Of a DNA stretch of 64,000 bases, positions 39,624 through 50,643 are shown piece after piece (position 1 is the stretch's first letter; every line of letters starts with the position of its first letter). The DNA is taken from positions 32,001-96,000 of IMG/VR virus record IMGVR_UViG_3300020049_007737; one strand, written 5' to 3'. Made by a program: the position numbers and the translations under genes. The notes beneath the pieces were generated by a model, which did no database searches, was not told the DNA's origin, and saw nothing but the letters and a program-made list of their open reading frames with translations. The DNA comes from a virus. Lineage: Duplodnaviria; Caudoviricetes.

Positions 39624-40481
39624 ATGAATATAGATGCAATTAAACAACGACTGAACGCTTTACAGTCTAATCAGAACACAAGCAAGAAAGAAAAAATCGA
39701 TTACACAAAAGTTTACTGGAAACCAAAACAAGAAGGAAAGTACCAAATTCGTATTGTTCCTTCAAAGAACGACCCAACAAACCCTTTTCAAGAGGTTTTT
39801 GTTCACTATGGAATCTCTAAATTTCCGATTTACGCTCTAACCAACTGGGGTGAAAAAGACCCAATCGTAGAATTCGCAACAAAATTGCGTACTACAAATG
39901 ACAAAGAAAACTGGATTCTAGCTAAAAAACTAGACCCTAAAATGAGAGTATTCGCACCAGTTATCGTGCGTGGTGAAGAAGAACAAGGCGTTAGGCTTTG
40001 GGAATTCGGAAAAGAAATCTACATGCAATTGTTAGGAATTGCTGAAGATGAGGATTACGGTGATTACACAGACATCAATGAAGGCAGAGACTTTACAGTC
40101 GATGTAGTAACAGGTGATGTAGGTGGACGTAAAGGTCTAAAATCATCAATCAGAATCAAACCTAAAACATCTCCTGTAAGTAAAGATGCAGCTCAAATCC
40201 AAACATTTTTAACTGAACAACCTTCAATTTTGGAAGTTCAACGTAAAATGGATTACGAGACGCTAAAAACTACTCTACAAACATGGTTAACACCAGAAAG
40301 TAATGATGAAGAAGGTACAGAAGAAGCAGAAGCAGCAATCGAAGCGGAAGTAGTAGCAGCACCAGTTAATAACTATGCTCTAAAACAACCAATTGCTCCT
40401 AAAGCATCATCTAAAGCTGAAAAGTTTGATTCATTATTTGATGAAAACGACGGAGACTCAAACGACGATCTTCCGTTCTAA
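39624..40481 (+). CDS. Single-stranded DNA-binding protein (T4 gp32-like)
   Basis: YWKP...IRIVP, DPIVEF, VRLWEFGK, DINEGRDF; acidic tail ending DDLPF. Confidence 0.88.
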   Translation: MNIDAIKQRLNALQSNQNTSKKEKIDYTKVYWKPKQEGKYQIRIVPSKNDPTNPFQEVFVHYGISKFPIYALTNWGEKDPIVEFATKLRTTNDKENWILAKKLDPKMRVFAPVIVRGEEEQGVRLWEFGKEIYMQLLGIAEDEDYGDYTDINEGRDFTVDVVTGDVGGRKGLKSSIRIKPKTSPVSKDAAQIQTFLTEQPSILEVQRKMDYETLKTTLQTWLTPESNDEEGTEEAEAAIEAEVVAAPVNNYALKQPIAPKASSKAEKFDSLFDENDGDSNDDLPF

Positions 40482-40496
40482 TTAAATTAAAAAGTT

Positions 40497-41597
40497 ATGG
40501 GAAAAGTAAAAAGAAGCGAATCGCTAACGGCAGCGGTCTCTAAAGAGATCAAAGCTAATTTCAATCTTGATTCATTCAAGGAGAAAAAAATGCTTAACGG
40601 CAACGTTAAGTTTAAAGAACAACGATGGGTTCCTTTTTCCACTGCTTTACAAGAAGCTTTATCAATTCCTGGTATTCCCTTAGGCCATATTTCAATGGTT
40701 AGAGGTAAAAGTAATACAGGTAAATCAACAACAGCAATCGAAGTAGCGGTAAGCGCCCAGAAAATGGGCGTTTTACCGGTGCTTATTATTACTGAGATGA
40801 AGCATGATTGGAAGCACTGGAAAACAATGGGATTCGAGATGGAAGACGTTGTTGACCAATCAACCGGAGAGATTTTAGATCACAACGGTTTCTTTATCTA
40901 TCGTGACCGTAGTACATTAAACTCAATTGAGGATATTGCTGCGTTCATTATTGACTTAATTAACGAACAAAAGAAAGGTAATCTACCTTATGATTTATTA
41001 TTTATTTGGGATTCAGTAGGATCAATTCCTTGCCAAATGAGTTTAGATCAAGGTAAAAACAACCCTATGTGGAACGCAGGTGCTATTGCAACACAATTTG
41101 GTAATTTTATTAACCAACAAATTGTAATGTCTAGAAAAGAAACCTACCAATACACAAATTCATTGTTTATTGTAAACAAAACAGGTGTTGCACCAGCAGA
41201 AGGTCCTATGGCTCGTCCAAAAATGACTAACAAAGGTGGTGACACGTTCTATTATGATGCTTCATTAGTATTAACATTTGGTAATATCACAAACGCTGGT
41301 ACATCTAAATTAAATGCTACTAAAGATAAGAAAAAAGTTGAATTCGCATTACGTACTAAAATTGCTTGTGATAAAAACCACATTAATGGTATTACAACAA
41401 CAGGTACTATTGTAAGTACAGTTCACGGTTTTATTAAAGATGATCCTAATACTGTTAACAAGTATAAAAAAGAACACGCTAATGAGTGGGTTAGTATACT
41501 TGGTGAAGGCGAATATGGAATTACTGAAGATAACAGTGAATGGGAAGAAAAAGCCGATATCACTGAATTGTTAGAAAACCTAGAAGCCGGCGAATAA
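40497..41597 (+). CDS. uvsX: RecA/UvsX recombinase
   Basis: GIPLGHI...GKSNTGKS Walker A, FIWDSVG Walker B, KGG..FYYDAS. Confidence 0.88.
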   Translation: MGKVKRSESLTAAVSKEIKANFNLDSFKEKKMLNGNVKFKEQRWVPFSTALQEALSIPGIPLGHISMVRGKSNTGKSTTAIEVAVSAQKMGVLPVLIITEMKHDWKHWKTMGFEMEDVVDQSTGEILDHNGFFIYRDRSTLNSIEDIAAFIIDLINEQKKGNLPYDLLFIWDSVGSIPCQMSLDQGKNNPMWNAGAIATQFGNFINQQIVMSRKETYQYTNSLFIVNKTGVAPAEGPMARPKMTNKGGDTFYYDASLVLTFGNITNAGTSKLNATKDKKKVEFALRTKIACDKNHINGITTTGTIVSTVHGFIKDDPNTVNKYKKEHANEWVSILGEGEYGITEDNSEWEEKADITELLENLEAGE

Positions 41598-41598
41598 T

Positions 41599-42642
41599 AT
41601 GAACAGAGACGAATTATTAAGACTCCTAAACAACACTCCTGAACCTGAACAATCAGTAGAGACAAATCCTCATGAAAGAGTACTATTAATAGATGGTTTA
41701 AATCTATTCTTTAGAAACTTTGCGATGATGAATTTCACTAATCAAGCAGGTGTTCACGTTGGTGGTTTAGGTGGTTTTATTCGTTCATTGAATTCCTTAA
41801 TTAACACAATTAAACCAACATCTGTGTACGTTGTATTTGATGGAGTAGGTTCTTCCGTAAACAGGAAGAACTTACTTCCCGAATACAAATCAGGACGTAA
41901 TTTAGTTAGAATAACTAATTGGGATTCATTTGAATCGCTAGAAGAAGAACACGATGCTAAAGTAGATCAGATCGTTAGATTAATACATTACTTAAAATGT
42001 TTACCTGTTAAAACTATAAGTTTAGATAAGGTAGAAGCCGATGATGTTATCGCATATTTAAGTGATATAATGTCTAATAAATACAATTCTCAGGTTTTCA
42101 TAGTATCTAATGATAAAGATTTTATTCAACTTATAACGGATAAAGTTACAGTTTATAGACCTACTGAAAAAGATTTCTATACTAAAACTTTAGTTAAACA
42201 GAGCTTTGGAGTATTAACTGAGAATTTTATATTATATAAGACATTGTTAGGAGATAAATCAGATAAAGTAGAAGGTATTAAAGGATTAGGCGAAAAAGGA
42301 CTATTAAAGAAATTTCCTGAACTAGCTGAACGTCCTTGTACATTACAAGATATCTATGATATTTCCTGTGCTAAGTTTAAAGAACATATTGTTTATGCGC
42401 GAATTGTTGATGAAATTGATAAGTTAGAAAATAACTACTTAATTATGGACTTAAACAATCCGCTGATGGGCGATATAGAGAAAGATTATATTAACGAGGT
42501 TGTGATTGAACCGTTGTCACCACTTAAAGTTAATGATTTTATGCGTCTTTATAATGAAGATGGATTAAGTCACATGATTAAAAATACGGAATATGTACTT
42601 AACACTACATACCAAACATTAAACGGTTTTGCTAAAAAATAA
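41599..42642 (+). CDS. 5'-3' exonuclease / flap endonuclease (T4 RNase H-like)
   Basis: LLIDG, VVFDG, EYKSGR, EADDVI, SNDKDF, LLGDKSDKVEGIKGLGEK. Confidence 0.92.
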   Translation: MNRDELLRLLNNTPEPEQSVETNPHERVLLIDGLNLFFRNFAMMNFTNQAGVHVGGLGGFIRSLNSLINTIKPTSVYVVFDGVGSSVNRKNLLPEYKSGRNLVRITNWDSFESLEEEHDAKVDQIVRLIHYLKCLPVKTISLDKVEADDVIAYLSDIMSNKYNSQVFIVSNDKDFIQLITDKVTVYRPTEKDFYTKTLVKQSFGVLTENFILYKTLLGDKSDKVEGIKGLGEKGLLKKFPELAERPCTLQDIYDISCAKFKEHIVYARIVDEIDKLENNYLIMDLNNPLMGDIEKDYINEVVIEPLSPLKVNDFMRLYNEDGLSHMIKNTEYVLNTTYQTLNGFAKK

Positions 42643-42657
42643 ATAAAAATAAAAGTT

Positions 42658-44040
42658 ATGACATTAGGTTCACTAGACAAATATGGAATGGGATTCCAGA
42701 TTAAGGTACTATCTTCATTATTAACACACAAGGAATTCTTATTGAATATCCAAGACGTATTAAGTGATGAGTATTTTACAAATCAAGCTCACAAATGGGT
42801 AATTAAAGAAATATTACGATATTTCGCAAAATACCACACTTGTCCAAGTATGGATGTATTAAAAGTAGAGCTTAAAAAAATCGACAATGATGTTTTACAA
42901 CTTTCAATTAAAGAACAATTAAGAGAAGCTTATAAAGCATCAGATGATGATTTAAAATATGTTGAAGAAGAATTTTCAAACTTCTGTAAAAATCAACAAT
43001 TAAAGAAAGCATTATTAACAAGTGTTGACTTTTTAAATGCAGGTGATTATGATTCAATTAGATCATTAATTGATAATGCTTTAAGATCAGGTCAAGACAA
43101 AAATTTAGGTCACGAATATAACAAAGATACTGAATCACGTTATAGAGATGACCATAGAACAGTAGTTCCAACACCATGGCCTGAAATTAATGAATTATTA
43201 CAAGGTGGATTAGGTAATGGCGATTTTGGATTAATATTTGGTAATCCAGGTGGTGGTAAGTCATGGTCATTAGTTGCTTTAGGCGGTTTTGCTGTGAGTT
43301 TAGGTTACAATGTATTACACTATACATTAGAATTAGGTTCTGATTACGTAGGTCGCAGATACGATGCGTTCTTTACAGGAATTGGTGTTCAAAACATCGC
43401 TCAACATAAAGATCAAATTGAAGCTAAAGTAAATACACTTACAGGTCAATTGATTATTAAAGAGTTCCCAACAGGTAAAGCTACAATTTCTACAATTGAA
43501 TCGCATATTAAAAAGTGTGAAGATTTAGATTTTAAAGCAGATCTTATCATTATAGACTATGTCGATTTATTAAGATCAAAAAGAAAGAATGGTGAGCGTA
43601 AAGATGAAATTGATGATATTTATATAAGCACTAAGGGACTTGCTAGAGAGCTAAACTTACCAGTTTGGTCAGTATCTCAAGTAAATAGAGCTGGAGCTAA
43701 AGATAATATTATTGAAGGAGATAAAGCAGCAGGATCATACGATAAAATGATGGTAACTGATGTAGCAATATCCTTATCAAGAAAGAAAGAAGACAAAGTA
43801 AATGGAACAGGACGATTACACATCATGAAAAACAGATACGGAATGGACGGATTATCGTACTATATGAAAGCTGATACTTCAACAGGTCATTTCCAAATTA
43901 TGTCTCAAATGGATGAAGATGATGAAAATAATCAAAATACACCTCCACCTCAAACCAAACAGTTCAATAATAGCATTAGCCCTATAGACAAGTCAATTAT
44001 TCAACAAAGGTTTTTCGAACTATCAAAAACAGAAAATTAA
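42658..44040 (+). CDS. Replicative DnaB-like helicase (T4 gp41-like)
   Basis: GNPGGGKS, YTLEL, IIIDYVD, SQVNR, KNRYG. Confidence 0.93.
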   Translation: MTLGSLDKYGMGFQIKVLSSLLTHKEFLLNIQDVLSDEYFTNQAHKWVIKEILRYFAKYHTCPSMDVLKVELKKIDNDVLQLSIKEQLREAYKASDDDLKYVEEEFSNFCKNQQLKKALLTSVDFLNAGDYDSIRSLIDNALRSGQDKNLGHEYNKDTESRYRDDHRTVVPTPWPEINELLQGGLGNGDFGLIFGNPGGGKSWSLVALGGFAVSLGYNVLHYTLELGSDYVGRRYDAFFTGIGVQNIAQHKDQIEAKVNTLTGQLIIKEFPTGKATISTIESHIKKCEDLDFKADLIIIDYVDLLRSKRKNGERKDEIDDIYISTKGLARELNLPVWSVSQVNRAGAKDNIIEGDKAAGSYDKMMVTDVAISLSRKKEDKVNGTGRLHIMKNRYGMDGLSYYMKADTSTGHFQIMSQMDEDDENNQNTPPPQTKQFNNSISPIDKSIIQQRFFELSKTEN

Positions 44041-44060
44041 AAAATTATTAAAAAAAAGAA

Positions 44061-45917
44061 ATGTTAACAACAGAATCACAAATTTTATCTGAGATCACAA
44101 CTCACCTCAAGTATGCTAAATTCAATCCTGAAGTACAGCGAAGAGAGACATGGCATGAGTTAGTTACTCGCAATCAAGAGATGCATATTAAAAAATATCC
44201 GCATTTAACCGAAGAAATAAAAAATGCATACAAATTTGTTTATGACAAAAGAGTATTACCATCAATGCGTTCAATGCAATTTGCTGGTAAACCAATTGAA
44301 ATAAATAATGCTCGTATTTTCAACTGTTCTTATTTACCAATTGATGATTACAGAGCATTCTCAGAAATTATGTTCTTATTATTATCAGGTTGTGGAGTAG
44401 GTTATTCAGTACAAACACATCACGTAGAAAATCTACCTGAAATTAGAAAACCATTAAAAGCAAAACGTTATTTAGTAGGTGATTCAATTGAAGGATGGGC
44501 TGATGCAGTAAGAATGTTAACTAAAGCTTATTTTGGTCAAACATCAACTGCTCCAATCTTTGATTTTAGAGATATTAGAGCAAAAGGTGCTTCATTGATT
44601 ACAGTAGGTGGTAAAGCACCAGGTCCTGAACCATTAAAAATTGCTTTGATTCATATGCAAGCGATTTTAGATCGTAAAAACGATGGTGAAAAATTAACAG
44701 CATTAGAATGTCATGATATTATCTGTCACTTAGCAGATGCTGTATTAAGTGGTGGTATTAGAAGAGCAGCATTAATTGCTTTATTTGATTTAGAAGATGA
44801 AGAAATGCTAACTTGTAAATTCGGACCATGGTGGGAAACAAATCCACAAAGAGGTAGAGCTAACAACTCAGCAGTATTACTTCGTAATAAAATCGATAAA
44901 GAAACATTCTTAGATTTATGGAAGAAAATTGAAGCATCAAACAGTGGTGAACCAGGTTTCTTATTTACAAACGATAAAGATGCAGGTACAAATCCATGTG
45001 CTGAAATTAGTTTAAAACCAAATCAATTCTGTAATTTATGTGAAATTAATGCTTCAGATATTGAAACACAAGAAGAATATAATGAAAGAGCTAAAGCAGC
45101 AGCATTTATTGGTACATTACAAGCAAGTTATACTGATTTCCATTATCTAAGAGATATTTGGAGAAAAACAACTGAAAAAGAAGCATTATTAGGTATTGGA
45201 ATGACAGGTATCGCATCAGGTGCTGTGTTAAAATTAGATATGAAACAAGCAGCTAAAATTGCTGTTGAAGAAAATGCAAGAGTAGCAGCAATATTGAATA
45301 TTAATAAAGCAGCTCGTGTTACTACAGTAAAACCATCAGGTACTACTTCATTAGTATTAGGTACTTCAAGTGGTATTCATGCTTGGCACGATGATTTCTA
45401 TATGAGAAGAATTCGTTTAGGTAAAAATGAAGCCTTGTATACTTATTTATCAATTAATCACCCTGAAATGTTAGAAGACGATTTCTTTAAACCACATTTA
45501 CAATCAATTGTATCAGTTCCACAACGTGCTCCACAAGGTGCTATTACACGTAAAGAATCAGCTATGGATTTATTAGAGCGTATTAAAACAATTAATAAAA
45601 ATTGGATTAAACCAGGTCATAGAAAAGGTTCTAATATGCATAACGTATCAGCTACTGTTACTATTAAGAATAATGAATGGGAACATGTTGGTGAGTGGTT
45701 ATATGAAAATAAAGAATACTTTACCGCTTTATCATTCTTACCTGAAGATTTAGGTACTTATGTTCAAGCTCCATTTGAAACAATTACTGAAGAACAATTT
45801 AATGAAGCAGTAAAATCATTACATCAAGTTGACTTATCAAAAGTTATTGAAATGAGTGATAATACAGCATTGCAAGATAGCGTGGCCTGTGGTGGAGGGG
45901 CCTGCGAAATAATTTAA
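44061..45917 (+). CDS. nrdJ: Class II (B12-dependent) ribonucleotide reductase
   Basis: PSMRSMQFAG, FNC, GCGVG, GGIRRAA, TNPCAEI, CNLCE, TVKPSGT, C-terminal CGGGAC; no adjacent beta subunit gene. Confidence 0.9.
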   Translation: MLTTESQILSEITTHLKYAKFNPEVQRRETWHELVTRNQEMHIKKYPHLTEEIKNAYKFVYDKRVLPSMRSMQFAGKPIEINNARIFNCSYLPIDDYRAFSEIMFLLLSGCGVGYSVQTHHVENLPEIRKPLKAKRYLVGDSIEGWADAVRMLTKAYFGQTSTAPIFDFRDIRAKGASLITVGGKAPGPEPLKIALIHMQAILDRKNDGEKLTALECHDIICHLADAVLSGGIRRAALIALFDLEDEEMLTCKFGPWWETNPQRGRANNSAVLLRNKIDKETFLDLWKKIEASNSGEPGFLFTNDKDAGTNPCAEISLKPNQFCNLCEINASDIETQEEYNERAKAAAFIGTLQASYTDFHYLRDIWRKTTEKEALLGIGMTGIASGAVLKLDMKQAAKIAVEENARVAAILNINKAARVTTVKPSGTTSLVLGTSSGIHAWHDDFYMRRIRLGKNEALYTYLSINHPEMLEDDFFKPHLQSIVSVPQRAPQGAITRKESAMDLLERIKTINKNWIKPGHRKGSNMHNVSATVTIKNNEWEHVGEWLYENKEYFTALSFLPEDLGTYVQAPFETITEEQFNEAVKSLHQVDLSKVIEMSDNTALQDSVACGGGACEII

Positions 45918-45959
45918 GCGTTAGCGGGGCTTGTGAAGCTTTTATATATTTATTATCGT

Positions 45960-46586
45960 ATGATAGGAATATATAAAATCACAAGCCCTTCTAATAAAAT
46001 TTATATTGGACAAAGTGTAAATTTAAAAACTAGATTTAGAAAATACAAATATTTAAATTGTAAACGACAAACTCACCTTTATAATTCATTTGTAAAATAT
46101 GGTTATGAAAATCATGTTTTTGAAATAATAGAAGAATGTAGTTTAGAACAATTAAATGAAAAAGAAATCTACTGGGGATTGTATTATAATGTTTTAGGAG
46201 AAATGGGATTGAATTGTAGATTAGGAGATGCTAAAGGAAAATGTAGTAAAGAAACTAAACAAAAAATAGGTCAAGGTAACAAAAATAAAATAATGTCTAA
46301 AGAAGCTAGAAATAATATATCAAAAGCTTTAAAAGGTAGACAAGTAACATGGAATACTCCTGGACCTAAAGGTTATAAGCATTCTGAGGAATCTAAAGAA
46401 AAAATGAGAAAACCTAGAGTAAATAAATGGGAAAAAGAAAAATTGGTTTCTAAACCAATAGTTAAAGAAATTAGAGAAAAATATCTTACAGGTAATTATT
46501 CTAAATCAGATTTAGGTAGAGAATATAATGTAAGTTGGGGAACAATAAAAAATATAGTAGATTCAATTAATTCTTATAAATCCTAA
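45960..46586 (+). mobile_element. Free-standing GIY-YIG homing endonuclease
   Basis: MIGIYKITSPSNKIYIGQS, NUMOD3-like HSEESKEKM repeats, C-terminal HTH; ATG at 45960. Confidence 0.88.
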
Positions 46587-46601
46587 CATATTTATAACTA
46601 T

Positions 46602-46946
46602 ATGAAAAAAGCAGATAATTTTGATTTAAAAAAATTTATTACCGAAGGTACATTAACTTCTACAAACGAAGATAAAAGTAAAAAGAATCGCTTTTTAGGT
46701 ATTTTTGGACCAAGTAAAGATGTATTTCAAAGAATAATTAAAAATATTGATTCAATTGAAGATTTAGTTACATACACTGAATCTAATGGTGATGAAGTAG
46801 AAAAAGTTGGTAAAAACATGTGGGGTATAAGTAAAGATAGTAAAGAAAATAATGAAGCTGTTTGGCAATATTTAGACAGAAATCTTTATTTTGAAAATCC
46901 TAATTTCCCATCAGTATATGATGATTATATTAGAAAAAATATATAA
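46602..46946 (+). CDS. Hypothetical protein, MKKADNF family (putative internal head protein)
   Basis: Own ATATTTATA motif at 46588; N-terminus shared with 56917. Confidence 0.55.
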   Translation: MKKADNFDLKKFITEGTLTSTNEDKSKKNRFLGIFGPSKDVFQRIIKNIDSIEDLVTYTESNGDEVEKVGKNMWGISKDSKENNEAVWQYLDRNLYFENPNFPSVYDDYIRKNI

Positions 46947-46970
46947 TATTAAACAAACAAAATTTAAAGA

Positions 46971-47004
46971 AAGGCTTGGTTTTCCAAGCCTTCTTTTGTA
47001 CATT
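46971..47004 (+). terminator. Terminator hairpin overlapping a TTGG-N19-TACATT promoter
   Basis: AAGGCTTGG-TTTT-CCAAGCCTT followed by CTTTT. Confidence 0.75.
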
Positions 47005-47012
47005 CACATTAT

Positions 47013-47525
47013 ATGAGTATGATACAAGAATTTAGAGAATGGGAAGCTACATATGATCCAACCCCACCAAAACCAAATAAAACATATAATAAGTTTTTTT
47101 GGTGGAGACGTTATCAAGAACATAAACCATTACCTAATCCTAATCATGTTATGGCTAAGGCATTAAATGGTGATTATGATTATTCTCCTTATTGGAAACA
47201 AATTCAATACGAAAACTGGTTTGAGGAGCAAGAAATTAATAAATTCAAAGCCAATTACACAGGTTCTCATGAAGATATAAATTGGCATGAACGTAAAATA
47301 TCAAAATTATTTTATGCTCGCAGAGAACGTTTACTCAAAGATGCTGAAAAGGATGAAGCTAATCGTTTAGAATCATTATTTAAAGATATGAGAAAAGAAT
47401 TAGGTGGTAATGAAGAAACTATAAAAGATATGTTTAATACATTTGAAGGTACAATTCCTGAATTTATTGAAGCATATAAAGCAACAAGAAAACTTCCAAT
47501 TCCTCAACCTGTACCTAAATTTTAA
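47013..47525 (+). CDS. Hypothetical protein
   Basis: 170 aa, aromatic-rich, downstream of a promoter. Confidence 0.55.
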   Translation: MSMIQEFREWEATYDPTPPKPNKTYNKFFWWRRYQEHKPLPNPNHVMAKALNGDYDYSPYWKQIQYENWFEEQEINKFKANYTGSHEDINWHERKISKLFYARRERLLKDAEKDEANRLESLFKDMRKELGGNEETIKDMFNTFEGTIPEFIEAYKATRKLPIPQPVPKF

Positions 47526-47561
47526 TTTTGTTTTTTAAATATTTATTCGTATATTAATGTT

Positions 47562-48353
47562 ATGAAAATTAGTCATGAAGTTCCTATCTGTCTATTAGAA
47601 GATAGTTTGTGGTTTAACGATTATCAGTATTGTTTACCACATTTGTTAGATCAAAGCGAAGAATATAAAGATTTCTTTATTAAAGCTAAGAAAAGGGGTA
47701 TGTATATAATAATGGATAATTCACTCCATGAATTAGGTCACGCTTATGATAGCGAACGCTTATTATACTGGATTAACGAATTAAAACCCAATGAATTTAT
47801 CGTTCCTGATGTATGGCAAGATAAACAAGGTTCAATTAAAAATGCTAGAGAATGGTCTAAAATTGAATTACCTGCAGGTGTTACCAAAGTAGCTGTAGTT
47901 CAAGCAATAGATTTAATGGAAGCAATGAATTGCTACCAGGCTTATAGGGATTTAGGATATCAAAAAATAGCATTCTCATATGGTGCTTCTTATTATAATG
48001 AATTGAGTAATCATCCTAACCCCGATTTAGCTAAAGCCTTAGGTCGTATCTATATGATTAGTCATTTATATAAAATTAAATTAATAAAAGACGATCACAG
48101 AATACATTTATTAGGATGTCAAGTACCACAAGAATTTAGTTGGTATAAAGCAATGCCATTTATTGAAACTATTGATACTTCAAATCCAATTATGGCTACG
48201 TTAGATGGTATGGAATATGAGTCTACAGGTTTACAAACAAAACCAAAATCAAACATGAATGATAATTTTTATATCACTCCTGACGAAATTGATTATGATT
48301 TACTAAGTCATAATCTTGGTATATTTAGAGAATTAACAAACACATTATTTTAA
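47562..48353 (+). CDS. TGT-fold guanine transglycosylase-like protein (DpdA-type candidate)
   Basis: MDNS (DSG-equivalent), VPDV, VAVVQ, IHLLG, IDTSNP pattern of the TGT barrel; next to queC/D/E. Confidence 0.65.
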   Translation: MKISHEVPICLLEDSLWFNDYQYCLPHLLDQSEEYKDFFIKAKKRGMYIIMDNSLHELGHAYDSERLLYWINELKPNEFIVPDVWQDKQGSIKNAREWSKIELPAGVTKVAVVQAIDLMEAMNCYQAYRDLGYQKIAFSYGASYYNELSNHPNPDLAKALGRIYMISHLYKIKLIKDDHRIHLLGCQVPQEFSWYKAMPFIETIDTSNPIMATLDGMEYESTGLQTKPKSNMNDNFYITPDEIDYDLLSHNLGIFRELTNTLF

Positions 48354-48391
48354 TTTGGAAAATTATAAAATTTTTAATATATTACAACAAT

Positions 48392-48736
48392 ATGGAACCA
48401 ATAAAAACATACACCTCAGGACCATCTAACAATGTTGGTTATAATCACCATACTATTTACACAAATCCAATAGATTATACATTTGAGGGACTTAGATCAA
48501 TAACATTACAAGGATTATCATTAAACAACAACAATATTATGCAAAATAAAGTAGCAGTCTTTAAAATAACAAGAGACGAAAATCAAAAAATCACATCATC
48601 TAAATTCATTAAAGAATTATGGATTGAATCAAAAAACGGATCATCAATTGATTTTGAAGTAGCCAAAGATCCTGAAATTAGCAAATTTGAAGCAAACGAA
48701 ATTATTATTAAAGTAGTACATTCAGTTATATTGTAA
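48392..48736 (+). CDS. Hypothetical protein
   Basis: 114 aa after a TTGG-N19-TATATT promoter at 48355; an internal ATG at 48539 is a possible start. Confidence 0.45.
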   Translation: MEPIKTYTSGPSNNVGYNHHTIYTNPIDYTFEGLRSITLQGLSLNNNNIMQNKVAVFKITRDENQKITSSKFIKELWIESKNGSSIDFEVAKDPEISKFEANEIIIKVVHSVIL

Positions 48737-48737
48737 T

Positions 48738-49643
48738 ATGAACAAAAAATATGCTGTATTATCATTAAGTGGAGGTATGGATAGTAGTACTCTACTACTT
48801 CACCTACTTAATGAAGGTTATGAAGTAACTGCTTTATCTTTTGATTACGGACAAAAACATAAAGTTGAACTTGAACGTGCTACTGAATTAGTTGATTATA
48901 TTAATTTAAGTTGTGAAGATGGTCAAAAAGCAAATCCAAATATTTGGAAATATACTCCTGTTAAACATCAAATCATTAAATTAGATGGTTTATCACAATT
49001 ACTTAACTCTTCATTAGTTGAAGGTGGTTCTGAAGTACCTGAAGGTCACTATGCTGAGGAAAATATGAAGGATACTGTAGTACCTAATCGCAATAAAATA
49101 TTTTCATCAATTATTCAAGCTGTAGCTTTAAGTTTAGCTACTAAAGATTTAGGAAATGGATATTTAGAAAAAAGAGATGTAAAAATAGCCCTAGGAATCC
49201 ATTCAGGTGACCATAGTATTTATCCTGATTGTACTGAAAAATTTAGAAACGCAGATGAATATGCCTTTAAAGTAGGAAATTGGGACTCAGATTTAGTAAA
49301 TTATTATACACCATATATGGAAGGTAATAAATTTACAATCTTAGAAGATGGAGCTAAATGTTGTGAGTCATTAGGTTTAGATTTTGATGAAGTATATAGA
49401 CGTACTAATACATCTTATAAACCAATTAAATTATTAGTATATGATGATTTAGGCCAATGGGAAGTATGGTTTAGTGATTATAAATCAGCTTCGTCAGTTG
49501 AACGTGTAGAAGCGTTTATTAAATTAGGTCGTCCTGATCCTTGTGAATACGCAGACGAAGTTGGTCCTGTAACTTGGGAACACGTAGTTTCTTACGTACA
49601 TTCGGTATTAGAGAATTATGAGAAAGAGACGTCAAATAACTAA
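48738..49643 (+). CDS. queC: 7-cyano-7-deazaguanine synthase
   Basis: LSGGMDSST, FDYGQKH, VPNRN, YPDC. Confidence 0.93.
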   Translation: MNKKYAVLSLSGGMDSSTLLLHLLNEGYEVTALSFDYGQKHKVELERATELVDYINLSCEDGQKANPNIWKYTPVKHQIIKLDGLSQLLNSSLVEGGSEVPEGHYAEENMKDTVVPNRNKIFSSIIQAVALSLATKDLGNGYLEKRDVKIALGIHSGDHSIYPDCTEKFRNADEYAFKVGNWDSDLVNYYTPYMEGNKFTILEDGAKCCESLGLDFDEVYRRTNTSYKPIKLLVYDDLGQWEVWFSDYKSASSVERVEAFIKLGRPDPCEYADEVGPVTWEHVVSYVHSVLENYEKETSNN

Positions 49644-49821
49644 TACACCCACTTACACAATTTTGAATAAAAATGGAGAAGTATTTACTGGTTTACTAAG
49701 AGGATATCCACAATGGTCCAATGATTGGAGCAATGCTAAATTTTTAGAACTAGTAAATACTACTTTTATTTGTGATAGTAATCCAACCGAATACGAATTA
49801 ATAAACGAAAATGAATTTTAA
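49618..49821 (+). CDS. Hypothetical protein
   Basis: 67 aa filling the gap with short overlaps at both ends. Confidence 0.45.
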   Translation: MRKRRQITNTPTYTILNKNGEVFTGLLRGYPQWSNDWSNAKFLELVNTTFICDSNPTEYELINENEF

Positions 49822-50002
49822 ACCAAGCACAGGCGGTCTGTTAGTAGACAGACACCCAAACCCAAAAAAACATCAATTAGTGAGTTTTATCAAATCAGGC
49901 ATCAGAATCTCAGGTTACATTTGTTTACCTTTTGATTTAACAATTGCTTGTCTTATTTTGGTATTCTCAGAATTAGTTGGTATATTAGAAGAATTAGTAT
50001 AA
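49811..50002 (+). CDS. Small membrane protein
   Basis: 63 aa; HQLVSFIKSGIRI...hydrophobic...ELVGILEELV. Confidence 0.55.
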   Translation: MNFKPSTGGLLVDRHPNPKKHQLVSFIKSGIRISGYICLPFDLTIACLILVFSELVGILEELV

Positions 50003-50039
50003 ACATGGTGTGTTCCTTGGTTTACATATATTTATAATT

Positions 50040-50627
50040 ATGGAACACACTAAAATATACTATATACATTATGGAGATAATATTCCTTTTTATGTTGGTA
50101 AAACAATTAATATTCAACAAAGAACTGAAAATCATAAAAAATTATTCGGAAAAAATATTATTTTAGAAACAATAGATGAAATACCAACAAATGAATGGAA
50201 ATTCTGGGAGAAATATTATATTTCTTTATTTAAAAGTTGGGGTTTTATTTTAGTAAATAAAAATGAAGGTGGGGGAGGTCCGGAAGAATGGAAAGAAGAA
50301 TCAATTCAAAAACTTAAATTACACCCCACAAGAGGTAAAAAAATAAGTGAAGCAAATAAAGGAAAAGAAAAATCACATAAAGGAAAAAAATTTAAAGAAG
50401 AACATAAACAAAAAATAAAAGCAACAAGAGATTTTCTTAAAAATAGAAAAATTACATGGATTAATACTCCTGTATTACAATATGATTTAGAAGGAAATTT
50501 TATCAAAGAATGGTCATCTCAAACAGAAGCTACTAAAGCTTTAAATAAAACAGGAGATGGAATTGGCGCTTGTTGTAGAGGAAGGCAAAAAAAAGCTTAC
50601 AATTACATTTGGAAATTTAAAAAATAA
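50040..50627 (+). mobile_element. Free-standing GIY-YIG endonuclease with NUMOD1-type C-terminus
   Basis: KIYYI...FYVGKT...R..H, EKYYI, LVNKNEGG; PVLQYDLEGNFIKEW...AYNYIWKFK. Confidence 0.82.
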
Positions 50628-50643
50628 ATTATATATTATAAAC

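Noticed and set aside
50557-50643. N-terminal extensions in the ORF track (50557, 45933, 50010, 4877, 53232)
   Set aside because: They overlap upstream genes or promoter motifs; internal ATGs at 50644, 45960, 50040, 4904 and 53241 fit better.
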